DNA of 53,777 bases, counting the filler, from Streblomastix strix (taxonomy: Eukaryota): the NCBI GenBank assembly GCA_008636045.1. It is 3 parts of 3 records of this genome, joined end to end, with 100 filler letters (N's around TTAATTAATTAA, not from the genome) between each part and the next. Parts side by side here need not be neighbours in the genome. Positions count along the whole stretch, not along the records: positions 1 to 17,863 come from SNRW01000664.1; 2 more parts are not named here. One strand, given 5' to 3'. Below the pieces are notes generated by a model. It was not told where the DNA came from, did no database searches, and was given only the letters and a program-made list of their open reading frames with translations. Numbering within the stretch: the stretch's first letter is position 1; each line of letters begins with the position of its first letter. The position numbers and the translations under genes are program-made. Below, one piece after another: positions 1 to 11,889 of this stretch.

Positions 1-79
1 TCTTATTATTAGTTGCTAATAGATTACATTCGGATTGCATTTTCATAAGCTTCGCTGAATATGGTAATTTTGATTAGAA

Positions 80-2230
80 TCATAATTCATTACAAACGAA
101 ATTCTTGTATCTCTTGTAATCAGCTGTCGTGTCAGTAACAAGTAATGCATGCAATCGCTCAGCTTCTTTCCTAAATGACTTTGTCATTGAGTCAAACCTA
201 ACTTCCCTGTATTTGAACTATTTCAGATCACCAATAAGTTCAGCCGAATTTAAGTTATAATAAATCCTTCCTTTCTTTTACCAGAAGTGAATTATACCTG
301 ATCAAAGTCCAATACCAATATTTCACAGCTATGTTCTCTTCCCATATCATATTCACAAGCTCATCTTTGGTACCATGATTCAAGAAAGGTGTATATTCTA
401 TGATATTTGAATGATTTGGGAAACGCTTTAGTTTCTTGCATTGTAAGAAGTATCTGTGTCGAATTAACTCCAAGTGCTACTTGTGCAACTTATATATTAC
501 CATATCCCATGAAAATCAGACTTAAGGTTCTGCTTCGTTGTTTTCTTACCAGAAGAAGCGAATTTCACAGATGCACCTCGTGGAATACTTTATATCATCA
601 GTCCCTTTGTATTTGAATACACTTCAGTATCAAGTACTGCAATATTCAAGTTTTAATCACATGCAATTGCACGATCAAGACTACCAAAGCCAATATCATA
701 TGTTCAACAATCTCCTCAGATCATCAATGGTGATTTCCTTGTGAATAAATCATAACCTTTATATAGATCAGCTAATAAAGGTGTTTCAGTTTCATATTCT
801 TCTAAAGTTTTCTTTAATTCATCATTAGTTGAATGAGGTTTCTCAATTGGTTTAACATTTGCGATCCAATATTATGCTATTTCTTTAACTTCTTGTGGTG
901 TATCAGAACTTGATACTACTTTATTTTCTATATCTATGATTCTCTTACATCTCTATATACTAGATATCAACATTCCAAATCCAATTTCAGTATTGTCTTC
1001 ATGTAGAGAAATCACACAAGCTGGTTCAAGTCTTTTAGAATTAACTAAATATGGACACCATGGAGCTAAACCACCCCAGATTGAAGAATATCCAGTAGCT
1101 TTTGTTTTTATCATTCATTCACCAAATTACTGTGTGATTAGTTTAATATAGAGGGTCTTCGTCTCATCCAATGAATGCAGCAGAGAATTCCAGAAGTGGT
1201 TGATGGAATTATAATGTTTTGATATTCGGTTTGTCAAACGTGGTTTCTATAACATCATTACATATTGGTAGTAAAGTTGAATATTCCCACTTTTTAGCTT
1301 CATCATCATATATATGTTGTGGAACCATTGAGAATGCTTTAGCTGGACAATTTTCATCATAAATATTGTATTTTATGCAACCTAGCTGCAATACTTAGAT
1401 ATGAAAGTTTGAGCTTTTGAATTCTTTGTCATGATCAGGTTTGGTGATAAATTTCTAGGTTAGTCCTTTTGATGATTCTTCGTGTGTAAGTAAGAACGGC
1501 AGTATAACTGAATAAATGCATATACTAGCGAGCTCTGAATGCATTATCCACATTTATCACCGGTCCATTCAAACACAATAACTGATAGACCTCTCATCTC
1601 ATATCTGGATGTCGCAGTTGTCATAATTCCACCATTACAGTTTCTGAGCAGTGTCGAGAATTGCATGTCTTCTCTTTGATAATGGTTGTTTGGTGTCATT
1701 GTTTTGTTCACTAATTGTGGTATTGACGCACTGGTGTAATTATGGATATTTATTGCTTTTTCATTCGGCTGGGACAGTGATTTTAATAAGCCAATGAGCG
1801 CCACATCTATTACTGCGATATTTTTGTTTATCACTTCGTCCCCACTTTTATGGCATATGTTTTCATGACTAATTTCTCTAACAGTTCAATAAGATAAACT
1901 TTGTCGATAATCTTTTTGATTTAATTTCCAATTTTTGTTTCTTTGACTATTTTCCACGCATCGATAATGTAAAACTTCATTTTCTTTGCAGATAAACCAC
2001 AGATGACATAGTCAGATAAATATACTTCTTGATCTTCAAGAGCTATCCACGCAGTATTCAGCAAAAAAGTTTTATTTTTGTTTTTCATCATTTAGCATCT
2101 GTTAGAATCAAACATATCCAGAGTGATAATATGCAATATAATCGGCATGTTCTAATAAATATGTTGCATCGATTTTTGTTGAAGTAAAGATCCAAGCATA
2201 ATCCTTGAAGTGATTCGTGAGAATATGGAT
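80..2230 (-). pseudogene. PFO: Pyruvate:ferredoxin oxidoreductase pseudogene (central and C-terminal domains)
   Basis: Minus-strand fragments follow PFOR motif order: ATYLLEHADYIA, KFYIIDAWKI, TATSRYEMRGLSV..EW..DKCGQC, QFHQPLLEFSAA, ATGYSSIWGGLAPWCPY, TYDIGFGSLDRA..NIAVLDTEVYSNT, YWTLIRYN, EVRFDSMTKSFRKEAERL. Many frameshifts and TGA stops; several Fe-S cysteines are lost. Confidence 0.9.
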
Positions 2231-4161
2231 GCCTATATTGGTGTCACTCAGAATTGTATGAGCATTCTCTGGCAAATGGCATCACACACACAATTCCATT
2301 CAGTAGATTGACCTGTATATGATCGGATTTTGATCTTATATTTTGTTCAGCTTATCATTATTCCTTATTATGATTATCTTATACTCAATGAAAATATGAT
2401 AACCGAATAAACTTTAAGAAATATTGCTATGAAAGAGATTATCCTCTATTGAAATGCTTTATATAATCTTCACAACAACATTTCATTAAACAGACTCTAT
2501 CCAATGTGCTTCTACTGTGAAATGCAACCTCTTTACATACTCCAAATTCTTGCATAGTTAGATGCTTATGTTATGATAGGTAATATTGTTATGCACACTC
2601 CAGATTGAAATGATTATGATGATGAGTTGATTCAACTTTCTTTAGATCTTTTGCATTAACTTGTTATGAGAAGTTCTTTGTTTGATGTTATAAACAAAAG
2701 CCTACTTGCATAATAATTAGTAACGACAATAGACAGTTATAATCATACTCATGTAGGTGGTCAAGAAATTACTCCTTCAGAGCGTTAATGTGTGATGACC
2801 AACTGTATGGACCTACTTGCTTTTAATATTGACAATGATACTAACATTGCAACTACTTTTCCAACTATTGAGGCAGCTCGCACAGCAAAGACTGGAATGA
2901 AACATCAGTATAAATCGTAAGAATTAGAATACATTATTATGTATTAGGCTAATGAAATCTTTACATTTGGAATCATTGGAATATTCTCAAACTTACAATC
3001 GTCTGCAGCTATTTTGATAAATTTGTAGGCTCATTGTTGTAAAATTATACAATAAAAAAATTTAAATTGCAAAATAATTTACTTGAATACTATATATTTG
3101 TTGAGAAAAAAGTGTAAATGAGAAATATCATTTCTTAGTGGAAATCTTTGCGCATGTTGATGTAATAACAATATTAATATTTGCAAATTGGATTTAATAC
3201 AAATATGCAATGTAAATTATTTCATAAATATAATATTTATTTGAAATGGTGGAGTTAAATACATTTTATTATATCTGTCTATTTATGCGTATAATTTGCT
3301 TCGATTGCTGTTTTATTTAGTAATATATATTTATACTTTATTAATGAACAAATATATATGAAAATATTTTGATATTAATTAATATTTTTAATTAACCGAC
3401 AAAGTTACAATTTACTGATTGACATTGGGTAAAAATAATGGCATTTCAGAAAAGGCCAATTATAGGTCCTACCTATCATTTTTGAGTTATTAGTAAAATA
3501 TTGTTCTATGACATACATCTCACAAAAAAAAGAAATTTCCGATAGACCATAAACTCGAAGTTATCGAGATAATGATCGTTTATTTTTGATAATTTTTATA
3601 AAATTTTATTTTTTAAATTCGATTAATTATTTTCAAATATGACTTAAAATTTAAATTGATTATTAATTTTAAATATTTTATTTAATTTTATTCAATAATT
3701 TGTGAATTAATTTTTTGTCTCCATAGTTTAGAAGCTAGTATTTTTTTTTAAAAATCATTTTGAACACTTTTTTATATTTAACTTGAACATTTATTTAATT
3801 AATGAATCGAAATTATTTTTGAAATATTCAAAAATCATCCGAATATTAAGAAATATAAAAAAGTTAATAATTTATTACCCATTCAAGATATTTGATATAA
3901 ATGTAGTTTTAAAAAATTAATTTTATAAATAGATTTTTATTTTCTTTATTTTTAAATTTATTTTTTTTCTTTTCGAATCATAAAGTTTGATTTAATAAAT
4001 TTTTAAACTATATCAATATTTTACTTCAATTTAACTCAAATCACTTTTGAAATATTTTTTTTGATAAATATGTTTATGTTTAAATAAAATTAAAGATGAA
4101 AATAATATTTTATATTGATTTATTCTTGTTTTTAAAGTGGGATTATAAAAAAAGAAAAAAA

Positions 4162-6267
4162 ATGTAAGATCTTTAAGTCGAATATGAATTCTTTAGTAAT
4201 ATTCCAAAGTAAACAAGGCATAACCATGTATCAAAACTGATTAGTTGTATTATTTCATTCACCACGTACTCAGGGTTCTGCATACTTCTTTCTGCCTTGT
4301 TTCAGTCACCAATTCTGCACCTTGTACTTACATATATTAAAAATTAATTCATTAGTGAGTCAACATAAATTAAATAAAATTTATCAAACCTATATAACAA
4401 CTCTGACGATGTTCATGTAAGAAGTGCTATTCTTACCTGTATTGCAGATTCTTCTACATTGCAAGAATTACATTTAATTGGCTTCGATACTTCTTAAGCT
4501 GAGTTATCATATGCAAAATAAAGAGCAATTAGAATATATATTAGATATTAGATAAATAAAATGAGGAATTATTTGAAAATGAAAAAGGATTAAATTAACA
4601 AGATATTGATTTGATTGAAAATACACTTTCATAATTCATTTCAGAATCCTGTGAACACGAAAAAACTCCGTAGGTTCCATTACTGCACTCTGAAACGGAT
4701 CTAATTCCTATTAAAATATTAGAAAAGGATGAAAATAATGAAAAGAAAATATTATTAAAAGATATATAATTATATAATGGGGAAAGAAGAGTGAGATTCA
4801 ACTCAATTACTTTTTTATACAATGTTATTGTTCATACATGTGGTTGTCTTCTAAGCTTATCATCATTTAGAAAAATAGCTGCTAATATTCGAAAGCCAAA
4901 GTCTCGTGTTGATGAGTGCGAGCGTTGTTTACGTCTCGAATACCTCGAAAGAAAGGAGATGTGGCTTGTTAGTAGGAATTTGAAATTATATAAAAAAGAA
5001 AGATAAGAAAAATATTTATTATTATAACATAGATAATAAGCAGTTATTTAAAGAAATGCATACAATTTCATAATAAGAAATGTGGAAGAACATGAAATTG
5101 TCATTGTTCTCGACTTTGGAGAAGATTTTCATCTCTGCTACGAAGTTACACAAACAGGATCAACTCATTTTAATCATCAAAATATTTCATTATTAAATTT
5201 TTCTGTATTTTCTCATGCATCCATTCAATCGATTAACTACTTGTCATAGACTGTTAATCATGATTCACAGTTTGCAATAGAGAACCTGAAAGAATTATTG
5301 AAGAAAGATATATTCAATGATATAAATAAGATAACTTTTATAAGCGATAATGGCCCTCACTTCAAAAGTAATTAGTTTATTGATTATATTTTTTCTTCAC
5401 TCACACCTGTTCTGTCATAAATTCATATTCAGTATCTTTTCTTTGCCGAGAGACACGGCAAATCAAAGTGTGATAGTGAGATTGGTGAGGCAAAGAGATT
5501 GTTGAAGCAAAATCTCCCAGCTGATGGAGTAGGAAATATAAAAGATTTATAAAAAATATTATAAGAAAATTCAATGAAGAGCAAAAATCACAAAGAATTT
5601 ATAATGTATATTTATAATATTTAAATTTTATCTATTAAAAAAATATTTATATAATAATTAAATCTAATAACTATATATATATATCAGACATTAAGATGAT
5701 GTAACTTTCTAGCCAAAGTCAATTCAACTGGCAAACATCAAATAGTATCTATATTTCAGCAGAAAATCAAAGGATTCGAAGGTATTAGCATTTCACACAT
5801 TTGAATCTACAGAAAATATTGAAGTAAATATGAAAGAAAAAGATTTAGAAAAAAAAGAAAGAAAACATTCTATAGAAAAAGAAAAGGTTCCGCAAACTTC
5901 AACTCCTCCTCGAGTTTAATCAATCATAGGGAGTAGAATGGATAAGGAATAAGTCCAAGAATCTGAAGAAGAAGAAAAAGAAGAAGAAGGAATCGATGAT
6001 GAACCAAAATAAATATTATAAAACAAAAGAAATAATAAAAAAAATTAAAAACCTTTCTAAATGAATAAAAGAAAAAGGAGAAGAATAGATTTCGAGGAAG
6101 ATGATGAAGATATAGATATTAGCTTAGATGAGAGTGAACAACTTCGCGATGAATTCAGCAGCAACGAAGATGATTTAATGGAAGAAGCTATTGAAAAAAC
6201 TAATAAAAGATAAGGAAAACGAACAATAATTAAGAAAAAATAATATAAAGAATAATTAATTAGATGA
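4162..6267 (+). CDS. DDD-type transposase, Sola-like
   Basis: With TAR=Gln: VDECERC zinc motif, then IVLDFGEDF, FISDNGPHFKS and FFAERHGKSKCDSEIGEAKR. GT-AG intron at about 5606-5687 and an acidic/basic tail ending in TGA at 6265-6267. One apparent frameshift or tiny intron near 4540. Confidence 0.75.
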
Positions 6268-6779
6268 TAATAGCCAAAAAATTCAAAATATTAAATAGAA
6301 TTTCAACCAAATATTCATTTTAAAAATAAAATTTTGATCAAATTTTTGATTTCTAGAACTAAATGTTTTTTAATTAAATGTCTTCATAAATTTGCAATTT
6401 TATTTGATAAAAAATTAAAATATTAATATTATTAGTCCAAAAATTTTACTAAATGAATATCATACTCATGTCTGAACTTCAATCATGCAACAACTGTTTA
6501 TAAATGTGGAATAAATCAGCAATCTTTAAATTTGAATTTTTGAATAATAACCAACTAGTTTTACTAATGGAGCAGCTCCTACTAGTGCAAACTTCATTTG
6601 CTTCAGACGAATGTGATGTGAAAGAGACTACGAAAATATTATATTTAATAATAAATAATTATTAATTATAGAATCAAATACTATCAAAATAAATACAAAT
6701 ATTTGCAAATAATTATTTTTATATGGATTTGTTTATTTGAATTGAAAACATTGTTACCTTATGAATAAACAAAAGATCA

Positions 6780-8500
6780 TACCTATGTTCGCATCTAACC
6801 ATCAGATCTATAATTCGTACATTCAAGATCTTCCTGCGTTACCCGCACAGCTGTCACAGCTATCCTATGCTCCTTCATAGTAGCTACAATCAATTGACTA
6901 TCAAGACTAAGCTTCCACAAACGCACTTGACTTTTTGATACTCCACTGACAATTGCTGGTGAATTTTAGAACGTTGAGACACTTGATACCTTCTTGTGCA
7001 CATCGCCAATAACATGTTATATTCATTATGACTCTTGTCTAAATAATCTGATCTTCCCATCACTGCATCAAGTGATCACTTCAGTTTCGCGTTGATTTAA
7101 TCAGACACAATTGTGTTCAACATTAGAAACTTCAATTCTTACATGTTCATTACCAGATCTAAGACCTTATAATCTAATACCACTATATCCATATATAGCA
7201 AATATCTTTGAAGTTGATTATACAAGTACAATACCATGAACACCATTACAATGACATGATCTATTAAGTTCGGCATCAGTAATACATATAATTATTGAAT
7301 AAACCATTGATTGATCAGTAGCAACAGTTAAATCGAATAAAGGTCCTTTCTAATTCCATGATGGCCCACTTGGTCTGATTGCATCCTTCTATCTTGGAAT
7401 AAGAGAGCGCTCTGCAGTTGCAATTGGAACAACATGACCATTAACATCAACTTTCCTTGGTGATCCTCTAGTAGGTACAGCTGTCTTCATTGATCCTGTC
7501 TATTTGGGACTCATTGATCTCTTCATTGTCTTTGTTGCTCATCCATATCCAAGTAGTTGTATCTTTAATGTTGTAATATTCCACAATACTGCTGTCCTTT
7601 CTAATGTATCTAATAATGGAATCTTCTCTTTCAAAGGATAATTTACTTTGCATTATACAATTTCTCCATTAACAATTCCAACATAGATTGTCATTTCTTT
7701 ATCTCCAAGATTGAACAATTCAAGTTAGGAAATACCTGTTTGAAGTTTATCTTTGTCTTTAACTGGTCCAAAGTGTTTGGGATAGAAATTCTGTATATCA
7801 AATGCTACAATGTCTCCTGTAGTTGAACCAAGATACGCATATTTATCATCATTATCAATGACTGCAGTTGTACAAATTCTTCTCATGTCTCGTACTATTT
7901 CATTACTGAAGAGCTTTATGTTTTTGTAATCAATTATCCATATTCGCTTGCTGTTTAAGTTCCTCATTTTGAATGATTCATCCGAATTGATGAAAAATCT
8001 TATGAAATTTGTGTATTTGAGAGCAACACGATGATCATAAAATTAAAATATATTTAATTAATACAAAATATTAAAAATGAATTAAAATTTATTGTTATTT
8101 TTCATACTTGGTTTTCCCTCAGCAACATTCCGAACAACAATATCATTACCATCCAATCTTCCGTGATACCATTAATTGTTCAGACGGATAGAAAGATATT
8201 CCTTTTATCTTTCAATTGTATTTGTGAAGTTTGCAAAGTATTCTCCTTGAAACGAAGTTCAATACTACAATATCTTCCCAAACAACAAATATAAGATAAA
8301 AAATAATAATTTAGATGGTGAAAAGTAGCAAGATATGTTGGATCATACTGAGTATCTAGCTCAAGTTTCCTCCATAAAAGCGATGTATCTTCCATTTCAA
8401 GATGTTGCAATAGATACAATCTTTTCTGTGCTCTCAATGTTGAACTCAGTACGCCCGTCCGGTGATTTGATAACAAAATATCTCCAAATCAAATAAACCT
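6780..8500 (-). pseudogene. CFAP52: CFAP52/WDR16-like WD40-repeat flagellar protein pseudogene
   Basis: RRICTTAVIDNDDKYAYLGSTTGDIVAF..GPVKDK, DGKIRLF..HVIGDVHKKVSSV and QVRLWKL..MKEHRIAVTAVRV match the order of CFAP52 WD40 repeats. Multiple frameshifts and TGA stops; one GT-starting intron near 8105. Confidence 0.75.
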
Positions 8501-9916
8501 CATGTTAGTACAAATCACATTTGATAGAAACTATAAATATAATGATAAAAACGAAATGAAACAATTGAAAATTTTAACAAAATATAATAATAAATAAAAA
8601 TAAAGTCAATTATAGTGATTAAAACAAAATTTATTAAGAAAAAAATTATTATACAAGTTTCTTGACAAATATTAGATTAAAATAAACAAATTATTTATTA
8701 AAATATTGAAATAAAAAATAAAAATAATTTTAAACATATTAAAATACAAATAATACATTGACTCATGATATTGAGATTGAAAAATAAAATAAACAACTTA
8801 ACATTCTTATTAATTAGTTCTTTTTGCAGATACTAATATAAATTATAATAATAGTGACATTTACAATAAAAAAAATATAGTATATGACTGTAACGTGCCT
8901 CATTGCAGAAGCCATTTCCAGAAACATTATGTGTCTGTACAGCATCTCCTACAGCATCACAACAATTTTCATATAAGTTTTCTTTGTTCCGCCCCCATTT
9001 CAACCAGGTTTAAGTTTACTATAACTGTATTTATGAGATTTAATTGATTTGAGAATTCAAAATTTTTCTCTCGATCCAGACATATATATGTTTCGGAAAT
9101 TTATTTAAAATGGTGAATTGTAAGGTGTACCACAAATTTTCTTACTAACATTTTTAGTTACGCGCCCAAAGTGTATTTCGCATTTTCTGAAATGGTCAAA
9201 CCAGGACCGATTTAGAAATGCCATTATTTTTACCCATTACAAAATTTCACTTGTCAATATGTCAGAAACGCCAAAGCCTGCAGTTCACTCATATCTATAA
9301 ATTATTAATACCAATCATTCACCTTTGTTATATTGCATAAAAAATTAAAATTTTTAAGAGCTTTCCTGCATGTTCTCATTCACTTTTGTATAATTCTGCA
9401 ATTTTATATTTTGAATACTAAATTAATAAATTGTTTTATAGAAAAAATCACAAAATGTACTTTAATCAGAGCCAAAAATACACACATCAAATTTATTTCA
9501 TAAAAAATTGTTGTTCATGAATTATAGTTCCGATTTATTTTTCTTTATATTAAATCAATATTACACTTAAACTATATATTAATAATTTATCAATTGTAAA
9601 AATTTAAACTATAACAAACTTGTATGATAGATAAATAAATAAATAAAAATTTTCGCAATTAAATTTTGTAAGCGAGTACACTTTTCATTGTGCTTTAATA
9701 ATACACAACGGAATTTTCTTCCTCGCAATAAAAAAACAATCAATAATTAATTTAATAATTCATTTAAAATTTGAATTTTTTGAATTATTGAATTTTACAT
9801 AGTTTATTATATCATTTAAATATTAACCAATTACATCACATACTTTTATTAAATGTTTTATATGTTCTATTATTTGTTTTGTTTTTGAATTAGAAAACTT
9901 TATTTAGGACTTTTTA

Positions 9917-10965
9917 ATGGATTACGAAAAAATGATGCGTAACGTTGGACTTGTAGTATGCTAACATTATTTTGTCAAAAAAAATAATATTTTTTCATAT
10001 TATACTTTTCATTTAAGCCAATTCGACCACTAGGTTTCTAATTTGTTTAATATTTAAATATAAAATTTATTTATTTTATTTAATAGGCTATGGATCCTTT
10101 GGAGGGTTTGAAAACTTATCATTTTTTTTTAAATTTATTTTCTTATCATTATTTATTTATTTATTGTTATATAATCATACAGCAATCGGAGCTGCTGAAG
10201 TATATTTTTTTTATTTTACAGTAACATGCATTTCATATTATTTTATATTTCATGTTGTATTTGCATTATTAATACTATGATTTATTATTATTATTAGCCT
10301 TCACATATCAACACCAATTACTTTGGAGACAATAAAACAAGCATGGATTATAATCGTGAGTTTGTTGATTTTTTATATTCTTATTATAAATCTTATTTAA
10401 TTTTACATATTTTTTATTTTCTTAAATTTAATTTTAAGCAGTGGTTCTATCTTCTAGAACTGTAGCTCAACTGGTGGAAACAAGTCATATTCAACAAATG
10501 ACATTGTTGGCATGGAGCTAGACATGATCGTATGCTAGTAAAATATATTTTAATATTTAATTTATAAATAAATAACAATTTATTTTAATAATTTTTAATA
10601 AGTTTCATATATTTATTATTTATCTTTTTAGTCACATCGCATTTTCTTCTTCCACACATCTGAACAACAACCTGTTTGTCTTACCAACATACCATCAATA
10701 TTAAAAGTTGGGGTATGAACTAATAAATTGAAAAATACGAATAGAAAAAAGATTAAATAAATTTCTATCAAACAATTTTTTAAAAAAAAACTTTTTTTTT
10801 TCAATTTTACTTTCATCAAATAATCATATATATTTCTTTATAATTTTATTGTAGATATGCTATAGTTCAGCAAATGATACGCAGTTCAATGTCGTTGTTT
10901 ATAGACTCAAGAAATTAATTGCTGATCCTGTTAAGTCTCCAACCATCAAAGCATGGACATCGTGA
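9917..10965 (+). pseudogene. Multi-exon kinase-N-terminus / SPRY-like remnant with the kinase core missing
   Basis: Exons 1-3 give MDYEKMMRNVGLV|PIRPL|GYGSFG (kinase Gly loop). Later exons give GNKSYSTNDIVGMELDMISHRIFFF..QQPVCLTNIP (SPRY-like). The exon 3/4 join appears out of frame. Confidence 0.55.
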
Positions 10966-11309
10966 TATTAAAGAAAAAGAAAAAATAGAATAAAAATTAA
11001 AATATGCAACTAATGGATTAAATCAGGAAAAAATAATAAGTCTAGAAGGGCAAGAATTATTTTCATTCATGCAATACTCAATAAATACCATAAAAAGAAA
11101 TCCTTCAACGAGTAAAAGTTTTCAATCCTAAAAATTATCAAGTATTTTTTTTTATGAATTTTAATTAGTTATCTTAGACGTAAATTACATGTAATGCCGT
11201 TTAAACCAACTCTAACATTTATTCAATAAAATAATATAGCGGGAAATATAAAAATAAAAAACATTTTTTTTTCCAGAATATTGGTTTAAAAAATATAATC
11301 GCTTGAAAA

Positions 11310-11735
11310 ATGGCATAACAAACAAACACCACACCACATAGCTCTCCTGTATAGTCGCATGCATCAAACTACTTTAATGGGATCACGCAAATTGCCGATG
11401 TATTCCCTGGTATGAAGTTTTTCGCGGAATTTAATAAATCCTTATTTGCCGCAGTATTTATTAGTGTTGCCCAAGATTTATGGAAGAGAGCCGAAGAGGA
11501 GCTTGCGTTTGTTCTAATTTTATTGCAATTATCGATTTATATATTAACGGTATGCAGGACGATAGCTGCTGAAGCGGAGCAACTTACAAAGCAGATTATA
11601 GACCGGCGCGATGAGCAAACCCAAATGAATAATCGATATTTGCAAGAGCGAAAACGTTTCGAGCAAGAAATAATGCGTTTCCTTTCCTCACTACCCAATG
11701 GAATGTGCCAGAACCAGCTCAGCGAAGTTCAGTGA
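11310..11735 (+). CDS. Small hypothetical coiled-coil protein
   Basis: ATG at 11310 reads through TAA/TAG (MAQQTNTTPH...) into the listed ORF. Probable 51-nt GT-AG intron at 11507-11557; TGA at 11733-11735; GC content above the flanks. Confidence 0.6.
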
Positions 11736-11889
11736 GCGAAGAACGCTATGCAGGAAAGGGCAATATGTTGATATGAAATGGAAAATCAATATGGATAGGA
11801 GAGTACATGGCCATCTCTAAGGTGGAGATCACAACACAAACTACCAATAAAGATGTATTTTGACATGTGAAATGCATGAAATATGAAAA

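Larger units (their letters stand above)
3427..9235 (+). mobile_element. TIR DNA transposon, ~5.8 kb, containing a transposase and a CFAP52 remnant
   Basis: Perfect 21-bp inverted repeat GGGTAAAAATAATGGCATTTC at 3427-3447 and 9215-9235. ATT flanks both ends (3424-3426, 9236-9238). A transposase gene lies inside. Confidence 0.8.

Noticed and set aside
2500..2960. Coding-like + strand stretch (HVGGQEITPSERQCVMTNCMDLLAF)
   Set aside because: It has an internal TGA, no defined start and no recognisable family, so it is not supportable as a feature.
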